DNA of 63,854 nucleotides, counting the filler, from Folioceros fuciformis (lineage: Eukaryota), in NCBI GenBank assembly GCA_049999805.1. It is 3 parts of 3 records of this genome, joined end to end, with 100 filler letters (N's around TTAATTAATTAA, not from the genome) between each part and the next. Parts side by side here need not be neighbours in the genome. Positions count along the whole stretch, not along the records: positions 22,741 to 43,861 come from JBNGIO010004144.1; 2 more parts are not named here. One strand, 5' to 3'. The notes below the pieces were generated by a model. The model worked only from the letters and a program-made list of their open reading frames with translations, was not told where the DNA came from and did not search any database. How positions within the stretch are numbered: the stretch's first letter is position 1; each line of letters begins with the position of its first letter. Shown piece after piece: positions 23,895 to 35,912 of the stretch. The translations under genes were made by a program, and so were the position numbers.

Positions 23895-26705
23895 TTGGAC
23901 CTTGGCAGATTGGATTTGCAGGAGGAAGACGCTTCACCTATTGTTGATTCCACAATTGGCATTGATGAACAACAAGCAGCATCTCCTTCTTTTGCATTTT
24001 TTAGAAGTTCTTGGGGCAACGTCCCTCAACCTAGGCTAGGCACTGAGAGTAATTTAAGCCCATTTGGTGTTCCTTCTCCTACAGCAGGCAACCTTGCTGC
24101 TTTCGCAAGCACTCTTGCAGGCACGGCAGGCTACCCTGTTGCTGGAGTTGGACATTCTACTAGACAAGCTGTAAACTCAGGAACCAGCACATCTCAACAA
24201 CCTGTACCTCCAGTCAACACCCTTGCGCAAGCTATGGTGATCACTCTAGGTTCCTTGAAGATTGATTTCAAGGACAAGGATTGCTTTAATGGTAATGATT
24301 ACCACATCTGGGCGATGAGGCTGGCCCTGATTTTGGAGGAGCATGAGCTCATGTCCGTCGTGGACGAGATAGAACCAAAACCAGCAACACAACACAACAA
24401 TGTGAATGCTGCGGATATACTTGCATGGCAAAGGAAGGATAGGAGAGCCCGGTCAATCCTTTTGGCATCCTTTGACAAGAACATGATGCCGCATACCATG
24501 GATGCTGATACTTCAACAGCAGTTTGGAACAAATTCAAACTCATTTATAGAGATAAGAGTTATGTTTCCCTTGTGTTAGCGCATTGGGATTTTTTCAATA
24601 TTCGTATGAAGGATAATGAGACTGTTGAGTCTTACATCAATAAATTTTGCACAGCTCGTGCGACCCTTGCATATTGTGGAACTATCTTCACTGAGTTTCA
24701 AGCTGCTATTTCATTTTTACCATCTCTACCTGACAGTTATTCTCAGTTTATTAGTTCTCAAAATGCTACTCTTCAAGTTGCTGGACCTGGTGCCAATGTA
24801 ACGTTGGAGCAGGTATTTGGAGCTTGATTGCTGAAGAACGCCGGAGGAGCCTTCAGAAGTCTAAGCCCAACATGCAGCAAGGCACTAGAGTTTTATTTGC
24901 CTCAAGAGGACGTGGAGGCAATCGAGGTAGAGAATGTGGGGCTCAGCACGACGAGGAGCTTCAACCTCTTGACAGCCCTACCTTCAAAGGCATACCTTCA
25001 CTTGCAAGTGGTGTAAAATGCCCGGTCATTTTGAGAAGGACTGCAAGAAGAAAAGGGTTGGTGAGCCTAGGAAGGAAAGTTCAAGTTCCATTCCATAATC
25101 CAATGTAGCCATATCTAAAGGTCTGCCCAAAACACCCTCCATCTTAGCAGTTTTCTTATCTTCTGTCCTAATCCAAAATGACATGTGGTTCCTTGACTCA
25201 GGGGCAACCAGTCAAATCTGTTTTGATAGGAATGCTTTCACTGTTTTTAACTCTACTCTAGATCATCACCAGTTTGTTCTTTGGGTGATGAAAGTGGTTT
25301 ATCCATTAAGGGTGTAGGATCAGTTAAGATACAGCTTCCTGACACTTCCGCACTTACAATCACAGGTGTGTTGTTTGTCCCATCCATGACCAAGAATCTC
25401 ATGTCAATTATGAAGCTCACACAGGACCATTCTTGTAGAGTTTGTTTTGACTATACAAGTTGTTTTGTCATTAGCAATAGTATAGGACTTGACTTATTCA
25501 TAGGGACACCTTTTCGTGATTTGTACCTTCTGAATGTCAGAACTTTATATAATCCACTTGCAACTGCTCATGTTACTCAAGCTTCTGGTCTCTCTCCAAC
25601 TCAGCTTTTCACTTGGCATACAATTTCACTTCTATGAGGATAGGCATAATGTCGAGATACATCAAGAGCATTTTGTGAATCAGCTTTTGCAGCGTTTCAA
25701 TATGGCATATGCACGTTCTGTTGCTACTCCTATGTCAACAGGAAATAAATTATCTAAGGAGCAATGCCCCTCAACACAAGCTGAAAAAGATATTATGGCA
25801 ACTCGCCCTTATAGGCAAGCTGTAGGTAGCCTCATTTATCTTGTAGCATGGACGTGTTTAGATATAGCCAGGGCTGTTAGTAGTGTTTCTCAATTTTTAG
25901 AAAATCTGGGGGAAGCTCATTGGACGGCTGTGAAGAGGATTTTTAGGTATCTCAAGGGCACCCCTAGATTTGGACTTACATTCTCCAAGGAGCCTGTTGG
26001 TTTAATGCTTACTTCATAATGTGATGTTGATTGGGCCGGAGACCCAGATAGTAGGAAGAGTGTTGCAGCCTATTGCAATTTACTTGGTGGATCTGTGGTT
26101 TCCTGGTCAAGCAAGAAGTTGACTACCATTTGCTTATCATCTACGGAGGCCGAATATGGAGCTTTGTCACAAGTAGCGAGAGAAGTAATTTGGATACGTT
26201 CTTTCTTGTGAGGTATACAGCAACTGCCATAAGGTGCCACAGTTTTATGGTGTGATAACCAATCTGCTATTGCACTCTCGGAGAACTTGGTTTTTCATGC
26301 AAGGTCAAAGCATATTGAAATTACTCATCATTTTATAAGACAGGCTGCTGCTTCTGGTGAGTTGGAAGTTCGTTATATTCCAACAAGTGACAATATTGCT
26401 GATTTGCTTACCAAGTCTCTAGCTCGAAATCCACATACCAAGCATACTTTAGCAGCTGGTCTCAAACTCATTGCAGTGGTGGCCAAGATTGGCACTGCAC
26501 ATTAATTTCGTATGTTGGTCAGCGCAGTGGATGAAACCAAAATGTTTGTGCTAGTCATGCGCTACTCAACAACAACACTAAGGCCAAAACCCTCTTTTGG
26601 AGCTTAAGAGGGAGCTAGTTGTATGTTTTGGGTTTTAGTGTTATGGTTTACATTAGCCTATTTTTCATATTTTCCTTACCCTAATTATTTCAACTAAGAG
26701 GGAGT
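23895..26705 (+). mobile_element. Internally deleted Ty1/Copia element (gag, protease, then RT C-terminus and RNase H, PPT)
   Basis: gag FKDKDCFNGNDYHIWAMR, protease WFLDSGATSQIC, jump at about 25610 to LGIQF..YRQAVGSLIYL, RNase H DWAGDPDSRKS..KHIEITHHFIR; PPT AAGAGGGAG at about 26697. Confidence 0.88.
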
Positions 26706-27749
26706 AAAGGAAATTATGTTAGTTTGGGTTAGTTTCATAATCAACTTATTAGTTAATTAAATACCCTAAAATACATATATACACTTTTTCTTTCTTTTGA
26801 GTAATAACTGCTTTTGCTTTATGCACCTCTCGTGCTCTCGTGCCCGTGCACTGTCATACTCACTCAATCCATAACTCAAAATAGGATCAACCTACCCTTG
26901 GTCTTGAGTTCTTGCCCATGACCCATCTTACATCGGAGAGTATTGCAACCCTGACCGTCACAGCTAGCAAAGGAGGATCACCACAAGGGCCACTTCCTTG
27001 CCGCTAGTAATTACAAGCCTGACTTTATCCCATCAACTAAGCTACCTGCGCCAACCTCCCATTGAAACCCCCCATTTGGACGCCGCCTCGCCGATCTCCG
27101 GATCCAAAATGGATGGCCTACCTGAGTTTTAGGATAGTTAGGTCTTTTTTTCTTTGCCTTAATGGTGTTCGTCCGGACTTGGAGTCTGAGAACTATATAA
27201 AACCCCACAATTTCAACGAAGACGAGGCCCTCTTGGATTCCCCCAAGCCTTTTGGTATGCTTTTTGGCTCTTTCAACTCCTACCCCTGGCATGCCCTGAG
27301 GGCCAACCAGACCTGTGTTGCCCCTCCTCCTACCGACAATTGGCCAAGATGCTTGGGCCCGAGAGGAACCGATGCTGAAGCGATTGAGGCTTGACAACGT
27401 TCATGAGGCGAACCCACATGCACTATCCTTGGCTACAACGACCCGAGACGACAAGGTTTCCTTCCATCTTCCCCTGCTACTACTTACGCCATGGTTTGAT
27501 GCCCGTTCAATCTCTTCCTTCTACCCCTGCTCCTTTTCCATATCACCGGCCTGTGCCATCTGCTCCAACTCCCTATACCGGACCTCCCCATCTTCCCCGC
27601 TCCTCCGCAATTCTGCTGCTTGCCCGGTCGTGACTCACCGTCCTTCCCCTTTCCTTCACTTTGTAGTCAACTACCACCGACCACTTGCTCTTCCCTCGCC
27701 TCCTTTGTAACCCGTCATCTCCGCCCCCAAACACCACAGTTGGGTAGAT

Positions 27750-28300
27750 GGCATGGTGCACAATTCTTCATAAGGTCTGTTGTTGTGTGTCAATTAGACC
27801 CCTATAGCAAGAGTACCCCATTGGGCTTAACTTCTCTCGAAACACATGTGGAATGGTAGTATTGTCTAGGGTATCTCCTATCTTCCTCTACAGATAAATG
27901 AAGTCTCCAACCTTAAATTTCTTTGTCTTTGATCAAAAATCCCACTCCACATGTGCGCATACCACAACGAGTCACGGTGCCGAGCTATGCAAAGATTGGC
28001 CATGGCCACCAGCTCATGACCTGTTGAGATAATGCTGCATGTTGTTCTATGACAATGGCCCACATTGCCAAGTCATTGAGCGTGCATGCTATTGTATAAT
28101 ATGTTGTGATAGATTGAAGGGCCTCACAAGATAGTGAGACTAGTGGTTTGGAAATTGTACCCTTATGTAGTGAATCACTCTTCTCAAACAAGATTACTGG
28201 AAATACAATAGGAAAGATTCCATTCTAGGAGCCAAGCATGCTCTAATGGTTTCTAGGGTTTCATAACGCTCTCTAACGCGGCTTCCACAACTGACTTGAA
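27750..28300 (-). mobile_element. Gypsy-like integrase C-terminal remnant
   Basis: Frameshifted 'ELVAMANLCIARHRDSLWYAH...KFKVGDFIYL...REVKPNGVLLL'. Confidence 0.5.
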
Positions 28301-29773
28301 ACTAGCAAGCTGACATAAATAGCCTTCAATTCTACCTATGTTTGGATATTATATAGCTATGTTGCGATCAACTAGCTATTTCAAATATATATAACTATTC
28401 CTATCTAAAATGAACATTATACTAAAAATGATATGTCCATGCATAGGTGTAAATGCTTATTTTGCTTAGCTTTCACTTGTAAGATAATCATGATAAAGGG
28501 AGTCATGAAATGCTATGACTAAGCTCATCTTCAAGACATGTCAGAAAATAAAACAACACATGCAAAGGTCCGTCTCCAATTGTAAGTTACACCCGTTGCA
28601 ATGGTGTAGAACATAGGATCTACATCATATTGTATTACAAGAGACTATGATGGACCACACCATAATTTTCATAACATGGTCTATGAAATTCATAATCACA
28701 TTAAATAGCAACTTTTCTTTTCCAGTTATTTTTTCTAAAGAGTTGTTATAACAATGTTGTATACGCCATAAAAAAAACCCTTTGTAGTTTATTTTGCACA
28801 AAATATCCTTTGGTTATATTCCACCTCTTGAAAAAATATTTTATTCACAGAAAGCCCAACTCCTCCTTCCTAGGGTTGCCCTTGTCTACAGGGCCTTCCC
28901 CTCCTTATTACTAGAAGGGCCTTCCCCTCCTTATTACTAGAGGCCTTACACAGACTTTCAAGGCTTTTGCATGTCAACAACCATGTTGCTCGAATAAGTT
29001 GCTTTAAAAAGTTGGTTAAGTCCTTTTGACTCTTGTGCCGACTGCCAAGTGAACTCTAAGATTCACTTTAAGTCCGTGCATAAACTCTAGCCTAATTTGA
29101 ACAAGAGTCTAGTCATCTAAACGCTATTGTCCTCGACTCGTTCTAACAAGCTTAAACTCAAAGCTCTCTATAGCTATCTCTCCACAATAAGCTGCCCCTT
29201 CTCAAGCAATGAGTGAGTCAATGTTCTCAAAGGGAAAGTTCCTACAACTAAACAACTGCCAAAGCAAGAAACCATGCACTCTAAGTCATCTTACTCAATT
29301 CCAATGGTAGCTACAACTCCACCTTTACTAAGAGTTTTCGCATGGAACATGCAATACAAAAACATGCACACTTGTCTATTTATCCAGCTAGCTCTACCTT
29401 GACTTCTATTTTTCTACTTTTTTCTCTATCTACTTTTACTTCTAATATTAGTAATGATAATATAAATTATACTAAAACTTTGAGTTACTAGAGAGAACAT
29501 AGGGTGTGCTAGCCACGTTTGGCCAGAAAGTCAGTTGTCATCCACATACATACCTCTAAGAATTGGCGTCCCCGAGGCAAGTAGAAAAAACGGCCTTTCA
29601 CAGTCAAAATCGCAGTACGTAATGTAAATCAAAAGCGTGCCAAATCTAACCATACGGCCCAAGCAAAGAGGGATTCCGATACTCCAATTTCAAGGCAGCT
29701 GAAGAAGTACCAATCCGTGCACACAACCAAATATACTTGGGCGATGAGGCTGTAACCCTTAAAATCCCACGTG

Positions 29774-32609
29774 TCAAAGACAGACCCATGCTGTTGACGC
29801 CACAAGCGGGTAACCTTGCCAAGCCAGCAGGAGACTACCCTCCTTATTACTCACTGCAAAACCTTGACCTGCAAAGTTCCTGATCAGACACTCTGCCTCT
29901 TTCTCTGATTGCCCACTGAGATGACGGGGCCTCAAGCCTGAACCCTCCAGTCTTCGTCTCCACTGGTGGGTCACTTCATAAATGCCCACCATTTCGTGTC
30001 CCTGCAGTAGTATAGTGTTCTCTATTTCAGAAGCAAAAAGAAACATCTCAATAGCCTCATTGCATTTGCGCTGTTGATCTGAGTGCTCCTCACTTAGAAT
30101 CTGCTTGATGATGGATTTCTCCTGGACGACCTGTCCAGAGGCCAAGACTTCATCTACTAGTTCACTTTGTGTCACAGCCTCCAACCTGCCCTCTCTTTCG
30201 CAAACAGAGGTTTCAATTGAATGAAACAGCGATGTATAGTGATGCAATGCTTCAGAGAAGCGATCCTGGAAGGTAGGACTATCTACGCCGAAATTCTTCT
30301 CCACCACCGTCACTACCTTGGGCAAAAATACACTCACAATTCTCTTCAGAATCGGAAAGCATGAAGACATTACAGGTGAACCTGCACAATTGTCTGAGTC
30401 CAGAAGACGCTGAAGCCCAAAAACTATATTGACGGCCAACGGCTCAGTGTCGTCTACATGCGGCAGCATTGTTAGCTCAAGACAGGCAAGTTGTTCAACC
30501 ACTACAGGGTGGAAGTTCAGCTCCACATTGAGGTCCTGAGCAAATCGACATAAGCTATCTCCTATGCACTCCATCTTCTCACGTGACATGCCCACCATTG
30601 TGAGACGCAACTTTGGTTTTGAATTCGTAGTGGTGGACCCGCTGTCAACGTCTGTCGAAGCTGTGCCTGCCCTGTAAGCTAAGTCATAAATAAGAGATGC
30701 CCATTGAGTTCCAGAACTGGCTGCCCCAAAATCAATAACGTGGAAAGTTGCCTCTCCTTCCATGGATTCAAGTATTGCCTGATTTGCAGAAAAATGCGCA
30801 AAATTTAATACCGGAGAAACTTCACAAAACTGCTTTAGAGCGCTTACAGAGTTGACAACATCAGCAGGGCTACACTCCTGCATGACAGATCGGCGACCTG
30901 ACAAGCGAGTGGTGAGTGCTTCCTTGAATAGAAACGCCACCCGATCCTGGAGGGGCCTCCCAGGACCAGTTTTATTAAAGAAATCTTTCTTACATGAGAG
31001 CTGAGAGGATTCTTCCAGCTGAAGACTGAGCCGCGCCAATATCGCTTGAGCATCATCCGTGTTCCCCAAATCAAGGGCCTCTACAACACGCTTCAGGAGA
31101 CCATAGACAGGTATGGACGACTCCAAACATGCTGCTGCATCTCCTGTTACCCTTGAGGTGCCACATCCATCATACAGATGCTTCACAGGCTCCGACGAAA
31201 CCTGTTCCATCGCCTGCTTCCCACGAGAACTAAAACATCTGCCGGAGGACGTGGATACGTGAGGTGACGTATTGCCAGGGTCTACACCAGATTTCATGAG
31301 TGAGTCAAAATTAACCTGCTGCATGTCACACGCATAATCACAGACCAAAGTTCCAGACCCTTCACTACTGGCATTTCTGTCTGTCCCTCTGTTGCTTCCG
31401 CCAAGGTGATTATTGCTGAGCATCGGAGCAACACCTGGTCGCCAGGCAGAACCCAACTCACGATAGGCCCTAGAACCACTGATCTTCTTTACCGAACTTG
31501 GGGAAAAAACCTTATGCGGAGCTTTTAGACGCCGCCTATGAAGCGGTGCTAGCGCGACATTCTGGTCCCCACCAACAAGGATGGGCGGCTTCGAATTAAA
31601 AGAACCGACAAAGGGATGGGAAGCCATATATACACGATGTGGTTGCCTTCTGAGTGGAGCGGCCCATAACTTCAAATCCTTCTCACCCTCGAAATTCCAT
31701 CCACTGTAGAAGACCGTACCACTCTTCCTGGACGCCACTTCAGAGGCAGGAGAATGCTGATCTATCAAGTATTCCTGCGCAGGTGATTGCATATTCCAAC
31801 AAGTAGCAAGAAGATCGTCGGAAGCAGCTTTCCCACAATTGTATTCAAATGGAGGTCTGTAAACTTCAGACGAACCCATCACGCAATCGGGGCCGGTGGG
31901 GTCCATAGACGAAGGTAGCTGATGGTCTGAGGACAAAGATGGTAGGCCGCTCCAACTCTCCGATGATGCACTTGGCGATTCGGAAAAACGGAATTTTTGC
32001 ACCTGCGGAAGAGAAGTAGCAATGTCAACAGGCGACAGAGTTCGAAAGCACGTTTTATCAAAAGACGTCGGTCAGTCAAGACGAGACCCCCACCTGAGAC
32101 CTGAAAATGGGTGGCAATCTTGATGATATCTCTGAAACTGCATGGCACTGAGTGATTGTGGCAGCGCCGTAAGGATCTCCTGAGGTGGACGACCCCAGAG
32201 GATTGAAGTCCAAACCAGGACCTTGGTAAACGTGCCTGCCCTTACTGAATAGATACTGCTGTTCACACTCCGGAGCAGGGCTCTGTACTGCAACTTGAAC
32301 TCGTTCTTGTCCCTGCGAAGACAATATTTCAGTTGGCACGTCTGTGCCACCATGAAAATCCACCATGCAATCCAGCGGCAGGACGAGCTCCTGGCCAAAA
32401 GGAAAGTGCGTCGCCGGTTGACATGAACCAGATGACAAAGGCCCACCGGAACCCCAGCTTGAGCCGGATTCGAAAAAAGGAGCGGAGCCGTAAGAGCTGA
32501 CGCTGAAGACATCTTTCTGGCCGCTTACTTCTCCTACCGGCCATCTCCTAAGCAGAGAATCAGACACCTGAGCCGCAGGGTACACGCTGAGCAACCTATC
32601 TGCGTCCAT
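29774..32609 (-). CDS. HAM: GRAS transcription factor, HAM/SCL6/LOM subfamily, about 914 aa, 2 exons
   Basis: AQAILARL, VSPVLNFAHFSANQAILE, VHIID-like FHVIDFG, QWASLI, PKVVTVVE, RFSEALHHYTSLFHS, W-x-G and VASTAW. Exons 32609-32094 and 32002-29774 (91-nt GT-AG intron, phase 0). Carries a miR171 site. Confidence 0.9.
31023..31043 (-). promoter_or_regulatory. miR171 target site in the GRAS mRNA
   Basis: mRNA GAUAUUGGCGCGGCUCAGUCU against miR171a-type UGAUUGAGCCGCGCCAAUAUC: mismatch at miRNA position 1 and G:U at position 4 only. Confidence 0.9.
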
Positions 32610-35600
32610 TGCCTCCCCAACATATCAGGCGTCGGGGCCAGCCACAACTAGAAAAGCACAAAGCAGACCTGCCAATCCATAGTGTTGAGAGGGGAACTAG
32701 AGCGACGTTTATTTCATTCATGGAGCTTAATTACTCCTGTTTACCTCGACTCTTGGGAGGTGTCTATGGGTTCGATCCTATGAAAATGAATTTATTTATG
32801 AGGTTTAAAGAATATGATAAAAATATAGAGAACTATGTACATCAATTTAAATTTTATATATAATTTAAATTGAAGAACGGAGGTGTGCTGGAAGGGGCAC
32901 ATCAGCTAAGGTTCCCTGAGACAGGATTGTTGGAAGGCTCACTTGTGACCACTAGGGAGGAGTTGCGCGTTGGCCAAGAGGCCCGGGAAGAGGTAGGGAC
33001 CTTGGTAGACGCTAGCTTGCCGGGAGGTGAAGAGGCTGCAACAACGGGGCATGTGACTAAAGAGACATGCAATGCTCTAGCCGAAATGAAGGTGCAGGAG
33101 AAGGAGCCAGGAGGGGAGGGTACCTATCAACGGGAGTGCAGCCCGGTTTCGCTAGCCTGATCCCCCTGCCCCGTTCGATTTTTTTTCAGCCAGCTACCAA
33201 GGTCCCATGCCCAACCACTATGCAGCCCNNNNNNNNNNNNNNNNNNNNNNNNNNNNNNNNNNNNNNNNNNNNNNNNNNNNNNNNNNNNNNNNNNNNNNNN
33301 NNNNNNNNNNNNNNNNNNNNNNNNNNNNCCTCTTAGCTTGCCATCCTAATTTCCCCCTAATTTCTCCCTAATTTCCCTTTTCTTTCTTTTCTATTTTATT
33401 TCTTATTTTTCTGGATATAATTCCAGAAATTTCGACTATGCTCTTTCTCACCTGTTTCCTTCCCCTAACAATCCGGGAACTGTCCCAGCACCCCGGGATC
33501 AGTTTTCGATGGCTGAGGAACCGTTTTAGCTGGAAGTCGATTCTGTTAAATAATTTGCCAATTTCAGGCCCGGTTCCTGTTGCTGATCACTCTTCTTCTG
33601 ATGTCTTCCCTTTCTTCTCCCACTGCTCGTACTAACACCAAGGGCCTTCCGTCTCAAGACTGTTTGACAGTCTAGTGGTCCATTGTCCCTTAAGGTGGTC
33701 AGTTGGATGTAATGAATGCATGTTTGCTACCCCAACCCACTCCAGCAGGGGTTCAACTTCTGCAACCTCTCCACTAACATCTTTTGTTGTGTTCTTCTTG
33801 CTTCTAACACGTTTCGGGTAGGTCTAACCTATTGACCGTGGGCCCCATAGAACATCTCTTAGGACTAAACCAACAAACTGACAAGTGCTCCTCCTATGAG
33901 GGCTGTGCGTCAGCACCGTGGGAATCGTTATGGGAGATGCTACAGGAGTGAAGGTGATTGGGCCGGAGGCAACCTCAGCCGTCATGGGAACAGTGATAGG
34001 AGAAGCCTTTGCCTCAACAATAAGAAGGCGGCGCCCACCAGATCTAGACGAGTGGACAAAAGCAAAGGCTATTGGTAGGGCCACCAAGGGGACTGGCGGC
34101 ACGTTAAGTTGATGGTAGGGTAGACTAGTCTAGAATAATGGTGTGCTATAAACTATTGTTTTGGTTGTCGTGTCCTAGTGGTCAACCTATAGAGAGAGGA
34201 AGGGGACTAGAGCTAGAAGTCCTCTACAAGAGGCTGTGAGCCTATAGAACCTGCTTGTCACTTTACAATCTCTATCGGGCTATCCCTACTTGGATATAGT
34301 AGTGTGTGCCGGTTATGCATGTTGTGCAGCGTCTGGTAAAGCTTTGAGAAGTGGTGGCCAAGGTTAAGGGTTGGGTCCCTGTAATTCTTGATTGTGCTCT
34401 CCGTGTCGTGCCCCTTGATCTGTCATTCTTATTTCCTCGTAGGGCTAGAGTGAGTGCCAACCATGCTTGCATGGTGTCTGGTAGGATCGTGGGTGGTGGC
34501 ATGCTCTTCTTTGGGGTTAGTCTAGTAACTCTTGTTGAGTGGGGGAGTCAAGAGGGAAGTGTAGAAGGTAGTTTTATTGTTGATGGTGCTAGAGTGAGTG
34601 AGTGAGGGAAGTCGCATACTTGAGAGGTTAGTGTCATTGTAGTGGCTGGAGTGAATTTGTGGGCACCGAGAGAGGTGCAATCAACCGCTGGATAGCAAGG
34701 ATTGTCCCACACTTGATCGAAGCTAGAGGGGAGCCCTAGAATTCGTCATCAAGTTGATTGAGTCCGACCCTCCATCCATAGCAACGAGGAACCCCATCGC
34801 TCCTTCGTGGGAACAAAACCCAATGTCTCAATGACAGTGGGATAAGTGTGGACACTAAAGGTCAAACCCTTTGGCAAACAGTTGCCCGAGGTTTTGCCAC
34901 CATAGAGGCTCCAACCCGAGGACCTCCCTCCCTAGAATCTGATACTCAACTCCTAGTCCACTTGCCCCAGGTCGGCTCTGCTATGCTCCCCATTGCGATA
35001 AGTAGAGCAGATTGCCTCCTACACCCACCCCGACCACGGATCCCACTCCATCGACGGCCTCCTCCGCCCCCACCTCTCCTACCCAACCGCCTTCTCATTA
35101 AGACAAGGCGTTAGTAAGCAATTGGCACCTGACAGCATCGAACGATCAAGGCCATAGTGTAGATTGTAGGGTCCTTTTTATTAATGACAGTTGTCCAGAC
35201 ATTAGGTCCGATTCCTGTATAAACCCCTTCTGTGATAATTGAAAGGAACCTCGAACCCTACCTTCCGCCCAGAGTACACCTATCTCTCTTTCCCATTGCA
35301 TGCAGTCTCTTGTCCTCCTTCACGCCCAAACTCTTGCCTCCTCACCTACGTATTGGCTCACCAGAGAATCTTCGTCCTTCACGACGTCTCGTTGATGCAT
35401 TTGGTTGTCCACCTATAGGAGCGACGAAGATACACAACGCTCAGGAAACACACCAGGCCAACCCGCTCAACCTTTGCTAGAATAAACACCTCGTCGTCGG
35501 AATGCACACAGTAAGTAACAGATCAATCATGTGTCAACCCCTTCACACCCTCCCTCTTTGCTCTGCACTTTGTTACCTCGACCCTATCCCTCCTCCTCTG

Positions 35601-35912
35601 AAGTACCGTGGAGATGGTTTCCCCGACGGACAACCCTGTCGGCCATGGCCTAGGTGGGTGGATCCATTTCCTCCTCCTCGACATCTCTTCCCCACTCCAT
35701 TCCCACTCTCCATCTTCACCTATATCCTACCTGATCCACTCCGAACTCTGGTTTGCTATTCAGACTCCGTCTCCAACTCACTTTCACTCTCCTCCGTTCT
35801 ATGGTTGGTCAGCCGGATCTATACTTACATCTACCCATTGCGATAGAATGAGAGGAATCTCCTCTTGAACCCACCTCACCGACGGCTGCTACCCCACCAC
35901 CGGCCAACTCCG

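Noticed and set aside
28890-28945. 26-bp duplication sharing 'ccctccttattact' with the GRAS 3' coding end (about 29838)
   Set aside because: A 14-nt same-strand match is compatible with chance.
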